Assembly (NCBI GenBank): GCA_003248565.1
Contig: QFOV01000006.1
Coordinates: 15,066 to 79,065 of the forward strand
Reading direction: 5' to 3'
DNA from: Stenotrophomonas sp.
GTDB taxonomy: Bacteria; Pseudomonadota; Gammaproteobacteria; Xanthomonadales; Xanthomonadaceae
Length of the DNA stretch: 64,000 nt
Part shown: piece by piece, positions 17,424-28,781 of the stretch
Position numbering within the stretch: position 1 is the stretch's first letter
Layout of the letters: each line of letters starts with the position of its first letter
Translations under genes and position numbers: made by a program
Notes under the pieces: generated by a model
What the model saw: only the letters and a program-made list of their open reading frames with translations
Database searches by the model: none
Told to the model about the DNA's origin: nothing

Positions 17424-20000
17424 ATGTCGTTCCGCTTTTCACGTCTGCTGCCAGTGCTGTTGCTGGTAACACTTGTCAGTCTGTCGCCGGCCCATGCCCA
17501 GAACAGCTACTACTTCCCCACCGCGCAGCAGTTCGATGCAAAGGTGCCATCGCCGCAACAGTTCCTCGGCTACGAGATCGGCAGCCACTACACCCGGCAT
17601 GACCAGCTGGTGGCCTACTTCAATGAGCTCGCGCGGGTCTCGGACAAGGTCAAGGTCGAGGTCATCGGCCAGAGTTACGAGCAGCGTCCGCTGCTGCTGG
17701 TAACGATCACCTCGGCACGCAACCACGCGCGCAGCGCCGAGATCGCCGCCCAGCGACAGGCATTGATCGACCCGGCCCAGCCCTTGCCCGGTGCCGATGC
17801 ACCAGCGGTGGCCTGGCTGGGTTACAGCGTGCACGGCAACGAAACCTCCAGCGGCGAAGCCGCGATGCTCACTGCCTACTACCTGGCTGCCAACCAGGAT
17901 GCGGAAACCGCGCGCTGGCTGGATCAGGCTGTTGTGGTGATTGATCCGGCACAGAACCCGGATGGACGCGACCGTGCCGCCAACTGGCATAACGCCTGGG
18001 GATCGCGTCCGCCATCGGCTGATCCGGCCGACAAGGAACATGTCGAGCCGTTCCCCAGCGGTCGCGTCAATCACTACTTCACCGATCTCAACCGCGATTG
18101 GCTTGCCCTGGCACAAACCGACAGCTGGCCGAAGGTCGCACAGTTCCATCGCTGGTACCCGAACATCCAGATCGACTTCCACGAGATGGGCAAGGACAGC
18201 ACCTATTACTTCGAGCCGTCGCCGAAGAGCATGGAAAGCCCCCTGCTGCCCAAGTCTTCGTATGAGGCGAACAAGTGGCTGGCACGTTTCCATGCCAAGG
18301 CGTTGGATGATCTGGGATCGCTGTATTACACCGGCGAGAACTTCGACAACTTCTCGCCGATCTATGGCTCGACTTATCCGGATTTCCACGGCGCGGTGGG
18401 TGTGACCGTGGAGCAGGCCAGTTCGCGTGGTCTGGTGCAGGAGTCGGTCAATGGTCCGTTGCATTTCAACTTCACCGTCCGCAACCAGGTGGCGACGGGC
18501 CTGGCCAGCGTGCGTGGTGTCGTTGAAGACCGTGATCGTCTGTTTGCGCTGCAGAAGGACTTCTTCCGCAGCGCGTTGAAGCAGGCTTCGGCCTATCCGG
18601 TGCATGACTGGGTGTTCGGCGATGCTGCCGACGCCACTTTGACCCGCAAGCTTCTCGCGGTGTTGTTGCAGCATCGCATCGAGGTACATGCGCTGGCGCG
18701 CGATGTGGAAGTGGATGGCAAGCGCTTCCAGGCCGGTTCGGCATACGTGGTGCCGGCACGGCAGCCGCAGTTCCGCCTCGCGCATTCGATCTTCGAGTTC
18801 ACCCCGGCGGTGAAGGGAGACGTGTTCTATAGCGGCACCTCGTATGCGGTGGCGCCTGCCTATGGCCTGCGTTATGCCGGTAGCCGTGGTGCCGTGCCGA
18901 GCGGTGCGTTGGTGGACGCGGTGCCGGTGGCACAAGGTGGCATCAGCGGCGGCCGTGCTGGCTTCGCCTATGTGGCCGATGCACGTGACTTCGGTAGCTT
19001 CCGTCTGTTGGGTGGTCTGCTGAGTGACAACGTGCGTGTGCGCACCGCGCACCAGCCGTTCACTGCGGCTACTGCGAACGGTGATGTGGCGTTCGGTCAT
19101 GGCGCCGTGGTGATTCCGGTTGCAGGTCAAACCCTGGATGCGGAGGCACTGCAGGCCAAGGTCTTGGCACGTGCACAGGAAGCCGGCGTCACGGTCTACG
19201 CCTTGGCCAGTGGCCGCGCAGCCAGTGGCATCGATCTTGGCAGCGACAATGTGCGTGTATTGCGCACGCCGAGCATCGCCTTGGTGATGGGCGAGGGTGT
19301 GTCCGCCACTGAGATTGGCTCGACCTGGTTCTCGCTGGATACCTCGCTGGGCTTGCCGTCCAGCAAGCTTGATCCGTCGCAGTTGGCCAGCGTTGATCTG
19401 GCGCGCTACACCTCGATCGTGCTCTCCGGCGGCACCTATACCAACGTCAGCGATGCCGGTGTGGCGGCGCTGAAACGCTGGATTGCTGCCGGTGGTTCGC
19501 TGGTGGTTTATGGCAGCGGCGCGCGCTGGGCGATCGACAAGGGTCTTGCCGAAGCCAAGCTGCGCGAAGGCGACAAGAAGGATGAGGCTGAGCGGTTGGA
19601 TTTCGGTACGGTGCGTGATGTGTTCGCGCTGGGTCGGGTCAGCGGCAACATCCTGAGCGCTGATATCGATCCGACCCATCCGCTGGGCTTTGGTGTGCAG
19701 CAGCGTCGCATCTGGGTCAACAAGGAAGGCGGGCTGGTATTCGAGCCGGTGAAGAACGCGTTCCTCAATGTGGTGAACATCGACCGCGAGCCGGTGGTGA
19801 ATGGCTATCTGTCCGATGCCAATCGCGCGCGCGTTTCAGGTTCGAGCTATCTGCAGGTCGTGCCGACTGGCAACGGCAATGTGGTGTTGTTTGCCGATGA
19901 CCCGGCGCACCGCAAGTATTGGCATGGCACCGAGCGCTTGTTGCTCAATGCCTTGCTGCAGGCGAACCATTTGAGCACCCCGCGCCAGCGCGGGGAGTAA
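17424..20000 (+). CDS. Secreted M14-family zinc carboxypeptidase
   Basis: Signal peptide; HGNE, NPDG, DLNRDW, DFHEM zinc/catalytic motifs. Confidence 0.88.
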   Translation: MSFRFSRLLPVLLLVTLVSLSPAHAQNSYYFPTAQQFDAKVPSPQQFLGYEIGSHYTRHDQLVAYFNELARVSDKVKVEVIGQSYEQRPLLLVTITSARNHARSAEIAAQRQALIDPAQPLPGADAPAVAWLGYSVHGNETSSGEAAMLTAYYLAANQDAETARWLDQAVVVIDPAQNPDGRDRAANWHNAWGSRPPSADPADKEHVEPFPSGRVNHYFTDLNRDWLALAQTDSWPKVAQFHRWYPNIQIDFHEMGKDSTYYFEPSPKSMESPLLPKSSYEANKWLARFHAKALDDLGSLYYTGENFDNFSPIYGSTYPDFHGAVGVTVEQASSRGLVQESVNGPLHFNFTVRNQVATGLASVRGVVEDRDRLFALQKDFFRSALKQASAYPVHDWVFGDAADATLTRKLLAVLLQHRIEVHALARDVEVDGKRFQAGSAYVVPARQPQFRLAHSIFEFTPAVKGDVFYSGTSYAVAPAYGLRYAGSRGAVPSGALVDAVPVAQGGISGGRAGFAYVADARDFGSFRLLGGLLSDNVRVRTAHQPFTAATANGDVAFGHGAVVIPVAGQTLDAEALQAKVLARAQEAGVTVYALASGRAASGIDLGSDNVRVLRTPSIALVMGEGVSATEIGSTWFSLDTSLGLPSSKLDPSQLASVDLARYTSIVLSGGTYTNVSDAGVAALKRWIAAGGSLVVYGSGARWAIDKGLAEAKLREGDKKDEAERLDFGTVRDVFALGRVSGNILSADIDPTHPLGFGVQQRRIWVNKEGGLVFEPVKNAFLNVVNIDREPVVNGYLSDANRARVSGSSYLQVVPTGNGNVVLFADDPAHRKYWHGTERLLLNALLQANHLSTPRQRGE

Positions 20001-20019
20001 CAAAGCCCCTGAGGCCTGA

Positions 20020-20173
20020 GCCCCTCTCCCGCATGCGGGAGAGGGGTTGGGGTGAGGGTGCGGTGCGCAGCACCGTGCAGTTCCACTTTGTTTATGCATG
20101 CAGCGGGTATTGCAAAGGCAAAAGCTGCCCTCATCCGCCCCTTCAGGGCACCTTCTCCCGTAAACGGGAGAAG
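20020..20173. repeat. BoxC-like palindromic repeats
   Basis: CCCCTCTCCCGCATGCGGGAGAGGGGTTGGGGTGAGGG (identical to the copy at ~17151) and a related CCTTCTCCCGTAAACGGGAGAAGG. Confidence 0.75.
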
Positions 20174-20179
20174 GTATTT

Positions 20180-20323
20180 GCCAAAGCCAAAGCCAAAGCC
20201 AAAGCCAAAGCCAAAGCCGAAGCCGAAGCCAAAGCTCAAAGCTCAAAGCTCAAAGCCAAAGCCAAAGCCAAAAGCTCAAAGCTCAAAGCTGAAAGCCAAA
20301 AGCTAAAAGCTAAAAGCTAAAGC
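20180..20323. repeat. Degenerate 6-7-bp microsatellite, ~22 units of GCCAAA/GCTCAAA/GCTAAAA
   Basis: Directly visible; intergenic between convergent genes. Confidence 0.95.
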
Positions 20324-20410
20324 AGCTTGGCTGCGGCCAGTTCGGAGCAGACGCGATGCCAGGTTCTCGACGTGGCAATGACGGGCGTTCCCTTCTCCCG
20401 CACAGAAACC

Positions 20411-20443
20411 AGAAAGGCCGACGCAATGCGTCGGCCTTTCTTT
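20411..20443. terminator. Bidirectional terminator
   Basis: AGAAAGGCCGACGCAATGCGTCGGCCTTTCT. Confidence 0.8.
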
Positions 20444-20470
20444 GCTTCTCATCCCAACAAAAAGTTGGAA

Positions 20471-21787
20471 TCAGGCGCTGGTACGGCTCTGGCCACGGCC
20501 GCCACCGCCACGACGCTGACCACCACCCGGGTGCGCATCACGACGCTGCTGGCCATTGCCGGCATTGCGCTGGCCGCCCGGCTTCTGCGGCTGGCCGCCA
20601 CGGCCGCCGCGCGGTGCATCGCCGGTCGGGCGACGAATCGGGGTGTGCGGCTCAAAGCCCGGCACATCACGGATGTCCATGTCGCGGTCGAGCAGACGCA
20701 CGATCTGGCGCAGCAGCTTGGCTTCGTCCTGGGCAACCAGCGAGACCGCCTCACCGGTCGAACCGTTACGGCCAGTACGGCCGATACGGTGCACGTAGTC
20801 TTCCGGAACCATCGGCAGGTCGTAGTTGATGACCTTCGGCAGCTCGTTGATGTCGATGCCGCGGGCAGCGATATCGGTAGCCACCAGCACGGTCACGCGG
20901 CCGGCCTTGAAGTCAGCCAGTGCGCGCAGGCGCTGGCCCTGGCTCTTGTTGCCGTGGATTGCCGCGGTCTTGATGCCGGACTTCTCGAGGAAGTCGGCCA
21001 GCTTGTCGCAGCCATGCTTGGTGCGGCCAAACACCAGCGTCTGCACGCGGGAGTCCTTGGCCAGCAGGTGCAACAGCAGCTCGCGCTTGCGCGCGCCGTC
21101 TACCGGGTGCACGCGGTGGGTGATGGTCTCGGCAACGGTGTTCTTCGGCGTGACCTGGATCTGCTCCGGGTTATGCATGAACTCCAGCGCCAGCTGCTTG
21201 ATGCTGTCTTCGAAGGTGGCCGAGAACAGCAGGGTCTGGCGGTTCTGGCGCGGCAGCTTGGCGAGGATGCGCTTGATCGAGGGCAGGAAGCCCATGTCGA
21301 GCATGCGGTCGGCTTCGTCCAGCACCAGGATCTCGACGCCGGACAGGTCGACGCTGCGACGCTCCAGGTGGTCGATCAGGCGGCCCGGGCAGGCGACCAG
21401 CAGGTCGACGCCACGGCGCAGCATGTCCAGCTGGTTCCCCATGCCGACGCCGCCGTAGATGCAGGCGCTGGGGATGCGCAGGTACTTGCTGTAGCCACGC
21501 AGGCTGTCATGCACCTGGGTTGCCAGTTCGCGGGTCGGTGCCAGCACCAGGGCGCGCGGGCGACGCGGGCCATTGCCCACGCTCTGCGGCGAGGTGGCCA
21601 GATGCTGCAGCAGCGGCAGGCCGAACGCGGCGGTCTTGCCGGTACCGGTCTGGGCGCCGGCCAGCAGGTCGCGGCCGTCCAGCGCAAGCGGAATGGCCTG
21701 CTCCTGGATCGGGGTCGGGTTTTCGTAGCCCTGCTCGGCGAGCGCGCGCAGCAGGAAGGGCGCAAGGCCCAGGTTTTCAAACGACAT
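20471..21787 (-). CDS. rhlE: DEAD-box RNA helicase RhlE
   Basis: [25 protein letters not shown]-rich tail. Confidence 0.9.
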   Translation of the reverse strand: MSFENLGLAPFLLRALAEQGYENPTPIQEQAIPLALDGRDLLAGAQTGTGKTAAFGLPLLQHLATSPQSVGNGPRRPRALVLAPTRELATQVHDSLRGYSKYLRIPSACIYGGVGMGNQLDMLRRGVDLLVACPGRLIDHLERRSVDLSGVEILVLDEADRMLDMGFLPSIKRILAKLPRQNRQTLLFSATFEDSIKQLALEFMHNPEQIQVTPKNTVAETITHRVHPVDGARKRELLLHLLAKDSRVQTLVFGRTKHGCDKLADFLEKSGIKTAAIHGNKSQGQRLRALADFKAGRVTVLVATDIAARGIDINELPKVINYDLPMVPEDYVHRIGRTGRNGSTGEAVSLVAQDEAKLLRQIVRLLDRDMDIRDVPGFEPHTPIRRPTGDAPRGGRGGQPQKPGGQRNAGNGQQRRDAHPGGGQRRGGGGRGQSRTSA

Positions 21788-22160
21788 GGAGTACTCCGAA
21801 ACATGAAGAACGCGCGCCCGCAGGGGCTTGCGTTGCTGATCATTGAAGACCAGCTGATCTCGGAGCGTTCCCGTAAACCGCGCTGCAAGATCTGGGATGC
21901 AACCAACGCGGTGCGCTGGCTGGAATGCGTGACGATAGGCGTCGGAGTGGGGGCGGGCGGGCGGATGGGCCAGATGGCCGCTGATCCTGCACCGCCGGCG
22001 ATCCCTGAGGGAAACGGACGGCCGCTGGCAGACCGCGCTAGTCTAAGGGATTGTTTCGGCTGGCACAAAAACGCCCGTTCAGCATTCGACTTGTGAGGCT
22101 GGTGGTAGCTGGCTTATTCATTACAATTGAAACTTATTTCTCCGCAGACTGGACACTCCC

Positions 22161-23150
22161 ATGAAGCTTGGTTCCCTGAAGGAAGGCGGCCGCGACGGCA
22201 CCCTGATCGTGGTTTCGCGCGACCTGACCCGTGCGGTGCGGGCCGCTGGCATTGCCGCCACCCTGCAGCAGGCGCTGGAAGACTGGTCGAATCTGGCGCC
22301 GCGCCTGAACGCGCTGTCCGAGCAGCTCAATGCCGGCGCCGTGGAAGGCGAGTTTGCCGTGGACATGCAGGCGCTGGCCGCGCCGCTGCCGCGTGCCTAT
22401 GAATTCGTCGATGGCAGCGCCTACCTGCCGCACGTGGCGCGGGTGCGCAAGGCGCGCGGTGCCGAAGTGCCGGAAAGCTTCTATACCGATCCGCTGATGT
22501 ACCAGGCCACCAGCGCCGGCTTCTACGGCCCGCGCGATGCAGTGAAGGTGATCAGCGAGGACTACGGCATCGATCTGGAAGCCGAGATCGTGGTCATCAC
22601 CGACGACGTGCCGATGGCGGTGACGCCGGAGCAGGCGGCTGGCCACATCCAGCTGGTTGGCCTGGTCAATGACGTCAGCCTGCGCAACCTGATCCCGGGC
22701 GAACTGGCCAAGGGCTTTGGCTTCCTGCAGTCCAAGCCGCGCTCGGCGCTGAGCCCGGTGTTCGTGACCCCGGACGAACTGGGCGCTGCCTGGCAGGACA
22801 GCAAGCTGCACCTGCCGCTGGTCACCCATATCAATGGCAAGTGGTTCGGCGCGCCGGAAGCCGGCGTGGACATGCAGTTCAACTTCGCCCAGCTGGTAGC
22901 GCACGCGGCCAAGACCCGTCCGCTGACTGCAGGTGCCGTCGTCGGCTCGGGCACCATCGCCAATGAAGACACCGCACTGGGCGCGTCCTGCTTCGCCGAA
23001 CAGCGCACGGTCGAAACCCTGCGTGACGGCAAGCCGTCGACACCGTTCATGAGTTTTGGTGATGTGGTGCACATTGAGATGCTGGACCGTGACGGTGCCA
23101 GCATTTTTGGTGCGATTGAACAGCGCGTCGAACAGGCTTCGCGTCCCTGA
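22161..23150 (+). CDS. Fumarylacetoacetate hydrolase family protein
   Basis: RDGTLIVVSRDL, DLEAEI, NDVSLRNLIPGELAKGFGFLQSK, GSGT; adjacent to maiA. Confidence 0.88.
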   Translation: MKLGSLKEGGRDGTLIVVSRDLTRAVRAAGIAATLQQALEDWSNLAPRLNALSEQLNAGAVEGEFAVDMQALAAPLPRAYEFVDGSAYLPHVARVRKARGAEVPESFYTDPLMYQATSAGFYGPRDAVKVISEDYGIDLEAEIVVITDDVPMAVTPEQAAGHIQLVGLVNDVSLRNLIPGELAKGFGFLQSKPRSALSPVFVTPDELGAAWQDSKLHLPLVTHINGKWFGAPEAGVDMQFNFAQLVAHAAKTRPLTAGAVVGSGTIANEDTALGASCFAEQRTVETLRDGKPSTPFMSFGDVVHIEMLDRDGASIFGAIEQRVEQASRP

Positions 23151-23238
23151 AAGACAGTTGGCGCGTTGGCCGTGCTGGTGGTGAAGGAATCCTCACCGCC
23201 AGCCGTTATTGTGGTGGCAGGTGATGGGGGAATCTGAC

Positions 23239-23895
23239 ATGGAAGCAGGGCTGACGCTCTACAGTTATTGGCGCTCGAGTGCCGCTTATCGCGTGCGTAT
23301 CGGCTTGAACCTGAAAGGCCTGGAGTACGCACTCGCACCGGTACATCTGGTGCGTGATGGCGGCCAGCAGCATGCGCCGGATTACGCCGCATTGAACCCG
23401 CAGGAGTTGGTGCCGACGCTGCGTCATGGCGAGCGCGTACTGACCCAGTCGCTGGCGATTCTTGAGTACCTGGACGAGGTCTTCCCCGAGCCGGCCCTGT
23501 TGCCGGCCGATGCCGGTGGCCGTGCACGCGTGCGTGCATTGGCGCAGCAGGTCGCCTGCGACATCCACCCCTTGAACAACCTGCGGGTGATGCAGTTCTT
23601 CGACCGCGAATGGAACGTACCGCAGCCCGAGCGTGATGAGTGGACGCTGCACTGGATGCGCGTTGGCTTTGCCTCGCTGGAAGCGATGCTGGCGGGTTCG
23701 TTCGACACCGGTCGCTATTGCCACGGTGCCGAGCCGGGATTGGCGGACTGCTGTCTGGTGCCGCAGCTGTACAACGCGCGTCGTTTCCACCTCGACCTGA
23801 CGCCGTATCCGACCTTGCGCCGGATCGAGGAAGCCTGCCTGGCCCTGCCTGCATTCGATGCGGCCCGGCCGGAAAACCAGATCGACGCGGTCTGA
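23239..23895 (+). CDS. maiA: Maleylacetoacetate isomerase (GST zeta)
   Basis: YSYWRSSAAYRVRIGLNLK, CDIHPLNNLRV. Confidence 0.93.
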   Translation: MEAGLTLYSYWRSSAAYRVRIGLNLKGLEYALAPVHLVRDGGQQHAPDYAALNPQELVPTLRHGERVLTQSLAILEYLDEVFPEPALLPADAGGRARVRALAQQVACDIHPLNNLRVMQFFDREWNVPQPERDEWTLHWMRVGFASLEAMLAGSFDTGRYCHGAEPGLADCCLVPQLYNARRFHLDLTPYPTLRRIEEACLALPAFDAARPENQIDAV

Positions 23896-23911
23896 GCAGG
23901 CCCGGTGGTTT

Positions 23912-24028
23912 GTAGGAGCGGCGTAAGCCGCGAAGCCGGCATTGCATCCGGAGCAGTAGATCACCCGGTGCCAAACGAAGCTGCAGCCCGACCACCATCA
24001 ATGGCTTCGCGGCTTACGCCGCTCCTAC
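23912..24028. repeat. Inverted REP pair (family B)
   Basis: GTAGGAGCGGCGTAAGCCGCGAAGC...GCTTCGCGGCTTACGCCGCTCCTAC. Confidence 0.85.
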
Positions 24029-24102
24029 AAGAGCTTGGGTTCACTCGACTCTGAAACAGAAAGCCCCGCGATGCGGCGCTTTTTGTCATCGATATCACCA
24101 GC

Positions 24103-25233
24103 TCAGAAGCCGTGCGTGATCGCCGCCGGCGCTGATACCGCGAAATCCGCATACGGATCATGCTCGCCGGTGCCGCCTTCGGACAGGCGGAACTTCAAGG
24201 CCAGGCCGTCGCGCGAGTCGGCCGCGCGCAGCGCTTCCTCCTGCTCGATGATGCCGTCCTTGGCCATCCGGAACAGGCACTGGTCGAAGCTCTGCATGCC
24301 TTCTTCCAGCGACTCTTCCATCGCCTGCTTGATCGCGTGCACTTCACCGCGGCGCAGCAGGTCGCGGATCATTGGCGTGTTGAGCAGCACTTCGGTTGCC
24401 GGGCGGCGACGGCCGTCCTTGCCCTTGACCAGGCGCTGCGACACCACCGCGCGCAGGTTCAGCGACAAGTTCATCAAGACGTTCTTGTGCGCGCTTTCCG
24501 GGAAGAAGTTGAGGATGCGCTCGATGGTCTGGTCAGCGTTGTTGGAGTGCAGCGTGGCCAGGCACAGGTGCCCGGTCTCGGCGAAGGCGATGGCTGCCTC
24601 CATGGTCTCGGCGTCCAGGATTTCGCCGATCAGGATCACGTCTGGTGCTTCACGCATCGCGTTCTTCAGCGCATTGTGGAAGGCGTGGGTATCCAGGCCG
24701 ACTTCGCGCTGGTTGACGATGGACTGCTTGTGCTTGTGCAGGAATTCGATCGGGTCCTCGATGGTGAGGATGTGCCCGGTCGAGGTGCTGTTGCGGTGGT
24801 CGATCATCGAGGCCAGCGAAGTCGACTTGCCCGAGCCGGTCGAACCGACCACCAGCACCAGCCCGCGCGGGGTCATGATCACGTCCTTCAGCACCTGCGG
24901 GAGATTGAGCTCCTCGATGCTGGGGATGCGGCTCTTGATCGCACGGATGACCATGCCGACTTCACCGCGCTGCTTGAACACGTTGACGCGGAAGCGCCCG
25001 GCGTCGGCCAGGGCGATGGCCATGTTCAGTTCCAGGTCGCGCTCGAACTGCGGCACCTGGCCTTCGTCCATCAGCGAGTAGGCGATTTTCTTGACCATCC
25101 CCGGCGGCAGGCCGGTATTGCCCAGCGGGTACAACTTGCCTTCAATCTTGATGTAAACCGGCGCTCCGGTGGTCAAAAACATGTCCGAAGCGTTTTTTTC
25201 GGTCATCAGCTTCAAGAAATAGCCGATATCCAT
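24103..25233 (-). CDS. pilU: PilT/PilU-family type IV pilus ATPase
   Basis: GSTGSGKST, TIEDPIE, REAPDVILIGEI, TLHSNNA. Confidence 0.88.
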   Translation of the reverse strand: MDIGYFLKLMTEKNASDMFLTTGAPVYIKIEGKLYPLGNTGLPPGMVKKIAYSLMDEGQVPQFERDLELNMAIALADAGRFRVNVFKQRGEVGMVIRAIKSRIPSIEELNLPQVLKDVIMTPRGLVLVVGSTGSGKSTSLASMIDHRNSTSTGHILTIEDPIEFLHKHKQSIVNQREVGLDTHAFHNALKNAMREAPDVILIGEILDAETMEAAIAFAETGHLCLATLHSNNADQTIERILNFFPESAHKNVLMNLSLNLRAVVSQRLVKGKDGRRRPATEVLLNTPMIRDLLRRGEVHAIKQAMEESLEEGMQSFDQCLFRMAKDGIIEQEEALRAADSRDGLALKFRLSEGGTGEHDPYADFAVSAPAAITHGF

Positions 25234-25330
25234 GCGAAATTTTCCCCAACAAACGGCGGCGTGCCGTTGCAAGCACGCCTCAGGCTTGACCACAATGGCC
25301 GTGCTCAGTCACCCAAGCAACGGCTCCCCA

Positions 25331-25717
25331 ATGAAATCTAGCTTCGCACAATTAAGAGGATTCCTGTGTGCTACCGCCTGCACATTAGTGCTATGCGGCA
25401 GTGCTTTGGCGCAGGATCCGGGCGCAATGGAATTGCTTGCCGCACAACAGGCCGTCGAGAAGGCCGACCGTGCCGACGCCGATCAGTACGCGCCGGACAC
25501 GATGGCGATGGCGCGCCAGCAGCTGGGCCAGGCCCAGCAGGCAGCAGGCGACCGACGACAGCGCAAGCAGGCGCCGATCCTGGCGCTGCGCGCTGCGGCC
25601 GACGCCGATCTGGCACGTGCGCAGAGCGAGGAAGCGGTTGCACAGGCCCAGCTGGCCCAGCGCAAGGCCGAGGTTGCACAGCTGCAACGCCAGTTGGCGA
25701 CAGGGGAGGGGCGTTGA
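25331..25717 (+). CDS. DUF4398-like exported helical protein
   Basis: Signal peptide, ADADQYAP...A.ADADLARA pattern; paired with an OmpA-like gene. Confidence 0.65.
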   Translation: MKSSFAQLRGFLCATACTLVLCGSALAQDPGAMELLAAQQAVEKADRADADQYAPDTMAMARQQLGQAQQAAGDRRQRKQAPILALRAAADADLARAQSEEAVAQAQLAQRKAEVAQLQRQLATGEGR

Positions 25718-26598
25718 TGCGGATCCGGAATCTGGTGGTTGTCGGCCTGTTGGCCATGCCCTTGCTGGCGCTGGCGGCGGAAGACCCGGCGGTGGCGTCC
25801 TTGAACCAGCGTCTGCTGGTGCTGCAGTCCGACATGGCCACGGCCGACGTGGCCTCGTTCGAGAAGCTGCAGGCACAGCAAGCCATCGCGGCGCTGGCCA
25901 AGGCCAAGCGCAAGGAGCTGGATGACGCCCGTTACCTGGCCGAGCGTCGTGTCGCGATTGCCGAGGCAGCCAGCCGCGCGGCGTTGGCGCGCCGTGAGGC
26001 CGACGAACTGGAGCGCACCCGCAGCGAGTTGCTGATCGAGGCCAGTCGCCGCGATGCTGCCCGTGCCCGTCAGGAAGCCGAACAGCTGCGGGTACAGACC
26101 CAGATCCAGGCCGAGGAGGCCGAGCGCCTGCGCCTGGCAGCCGAAGCCGAGACCTTGGCCCGGCAGGACGCGGAGACTGCGTTGACCAGCGTCGCCGGTC
26201 GCCAGCAGGCGCGTTTGAGCACGGCCCAGCAGAACGCGGCCAAGCTGGCCCGCGAAGAAGCGGAGCTGGTGTCCGGGCAGAAGCTGCCGGCCTCCAAGTT
26301 CGACGGCCGTGGCGAGATCTACACCTTCAGCGGCGATGCGTTCGCGGCTGGCCAGGCGGCGCTGTCCGCCGCTGCCGGCAACCAGGCCAAGGCGCTGGCC
26401 GAGTACCTGAACATCGGCAAGAAGGGCCGGGTCATCATCGAAGCCTATGACAGCGCCAATGGCGTTGGTCAGCGGCGTGCGCAGGCGCTCAAGGATGCGC
26501 TGGTGGCAGGCGGCGTGGCGGCCAACCGCATCCAGGTGACAGGCAAGAAAGCAGCCTCTACCCGGGCCCGTTCAGCGGAAGTCATTATCGCGCCGTGA
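25717..26598 (+). CDS. Exported coiled-coil protein with degenerate OmpA-like C-terminal domain
   Basis: QRRAQALKDALVAGGVAANRI resembles the OmpA domain; ATG overlaps the upstream stop. Confidence 0.65.
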   Translation: MRIRNLVVVGLLAMPLLALAAEDPAVASLNQRLLVLQSDMATADVASFEKLQAQQAIAALAKAKRKELDDARYLAERRVAIAEAASRAALARREADELERTRSELLIEASRRDAARARQEAEQLRVQTQIQAEEAERLRLAAEAETLARQDAETALTSVAGRQQARLSTAQQNAAKLAREEAELVSGQKLPASKFDGRGEIYTFSGDAFAAGQAALSAAAGNQAKALAEYLNIGKKGRVIIEAYDSANGVGQRRAQALKDALVAGGVAANRIQVTGKKAASTRARSAEVIIAP

Positions 26599-26698
26599 CA
26601 AACCTAAATGGCTGAACTTGTTAGGTTTTTGTCATTCACGTGAGACTGAATGCGGATCGGTTTGAATATTCAGTAAACGTTTCCGCATAGCCCTTGCC

Positions 26699-26725
26699 GG
26701 AACCTTTTTGCAGGCGTAGGGTCAA
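26699..26725 (+). promoter_or_regulatory. Candidate sigmaE (ECF) promoter
   Basis: GGAACC-N16-GTCAA. Confidence 0.5.
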
Positions 26726-26926
26726 TTGTCCGGGCGGCACTTTCGTCGTCCGGACAACGGAGGGCCGAGCCGGTGCAAGCGTGGCGCGAACCAGTAACCG
26801 ATAGCTCCTGGCAGGTTGGCCGGAGGACGGTTGGTGGTGCCACGGTGAGCGGCTTGGCTTTCCAATCCAGCAACGCCCCGTGCCGCCAGGCCGGGGCGTT
26901 CTTGTTTCTGCATGAAGGAGGTAGTC

Positions 26927-27145
26927 ATGTTCGAAGGGCAGCCGCAGAGTGAAATCGACGCATTGGCCAAGGCCAACCCGGAGTTCAAGCAGCTCTACCA
27001 ACAGCACAAGAAGCTGAACAAGAAATGCATGGACGCGGAGCTGGGTGTGCTCCCGATTGATGGGGCAACCCTGGGACAGATGAAACGGGAAAAACTGCTG
27101 GCCAAGCAGAAGCTCCTGCGGATTTACGAAAACAGCATCAACTGA
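26927..27145 (+). CDS. DUF465/YdcH-family small protein
   Basis: RBS AAGGAGG; NPEFKQLYQQHKKL...MKREKLLAK pattern. Confidence 0.75.
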   Translation: MFEGQPQSEIDALAKANPEFKQLYQQHKKLNKKCMDAELGVLPIDGATLGQMKREKLLAKQKLLRIYENSIN

Positions 27146-27325
27146 ACCTTCCCCACGCTGGACCGTTTATGTCGCGGACCGTGGCGGCCTCCTCGTCGGC
27201 CGTCATTGTCCGCGTCACTTGGCAGTGTGGTTCCGCTGCCTGAAGGGTCGGTTACCTGACTTTCGTGCACAACCATCGGATAATCATCGGTCCGGCCGCT
27301 GCGCGGCGCGATCTGAATCAAACCG

Positions 27326-28696
<1,371 letters not shown>

Positions 28697-28781
28697 GCCC
28701 TGAGCGGCCCCCTCGCAAGAGGGGGCAACGGTAGATTCAGACAGCACTGATAGAATTTCGCCCCTTTAGCTGGAAGCCATC

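Noticed and set aside
19836..20320. ORFs with KAKAKA / PKPKPK / FGFGFG / LWLWLW runs
   Set aside because: These are translations of the microsatellite in several frames, with no RBS or protein-like context
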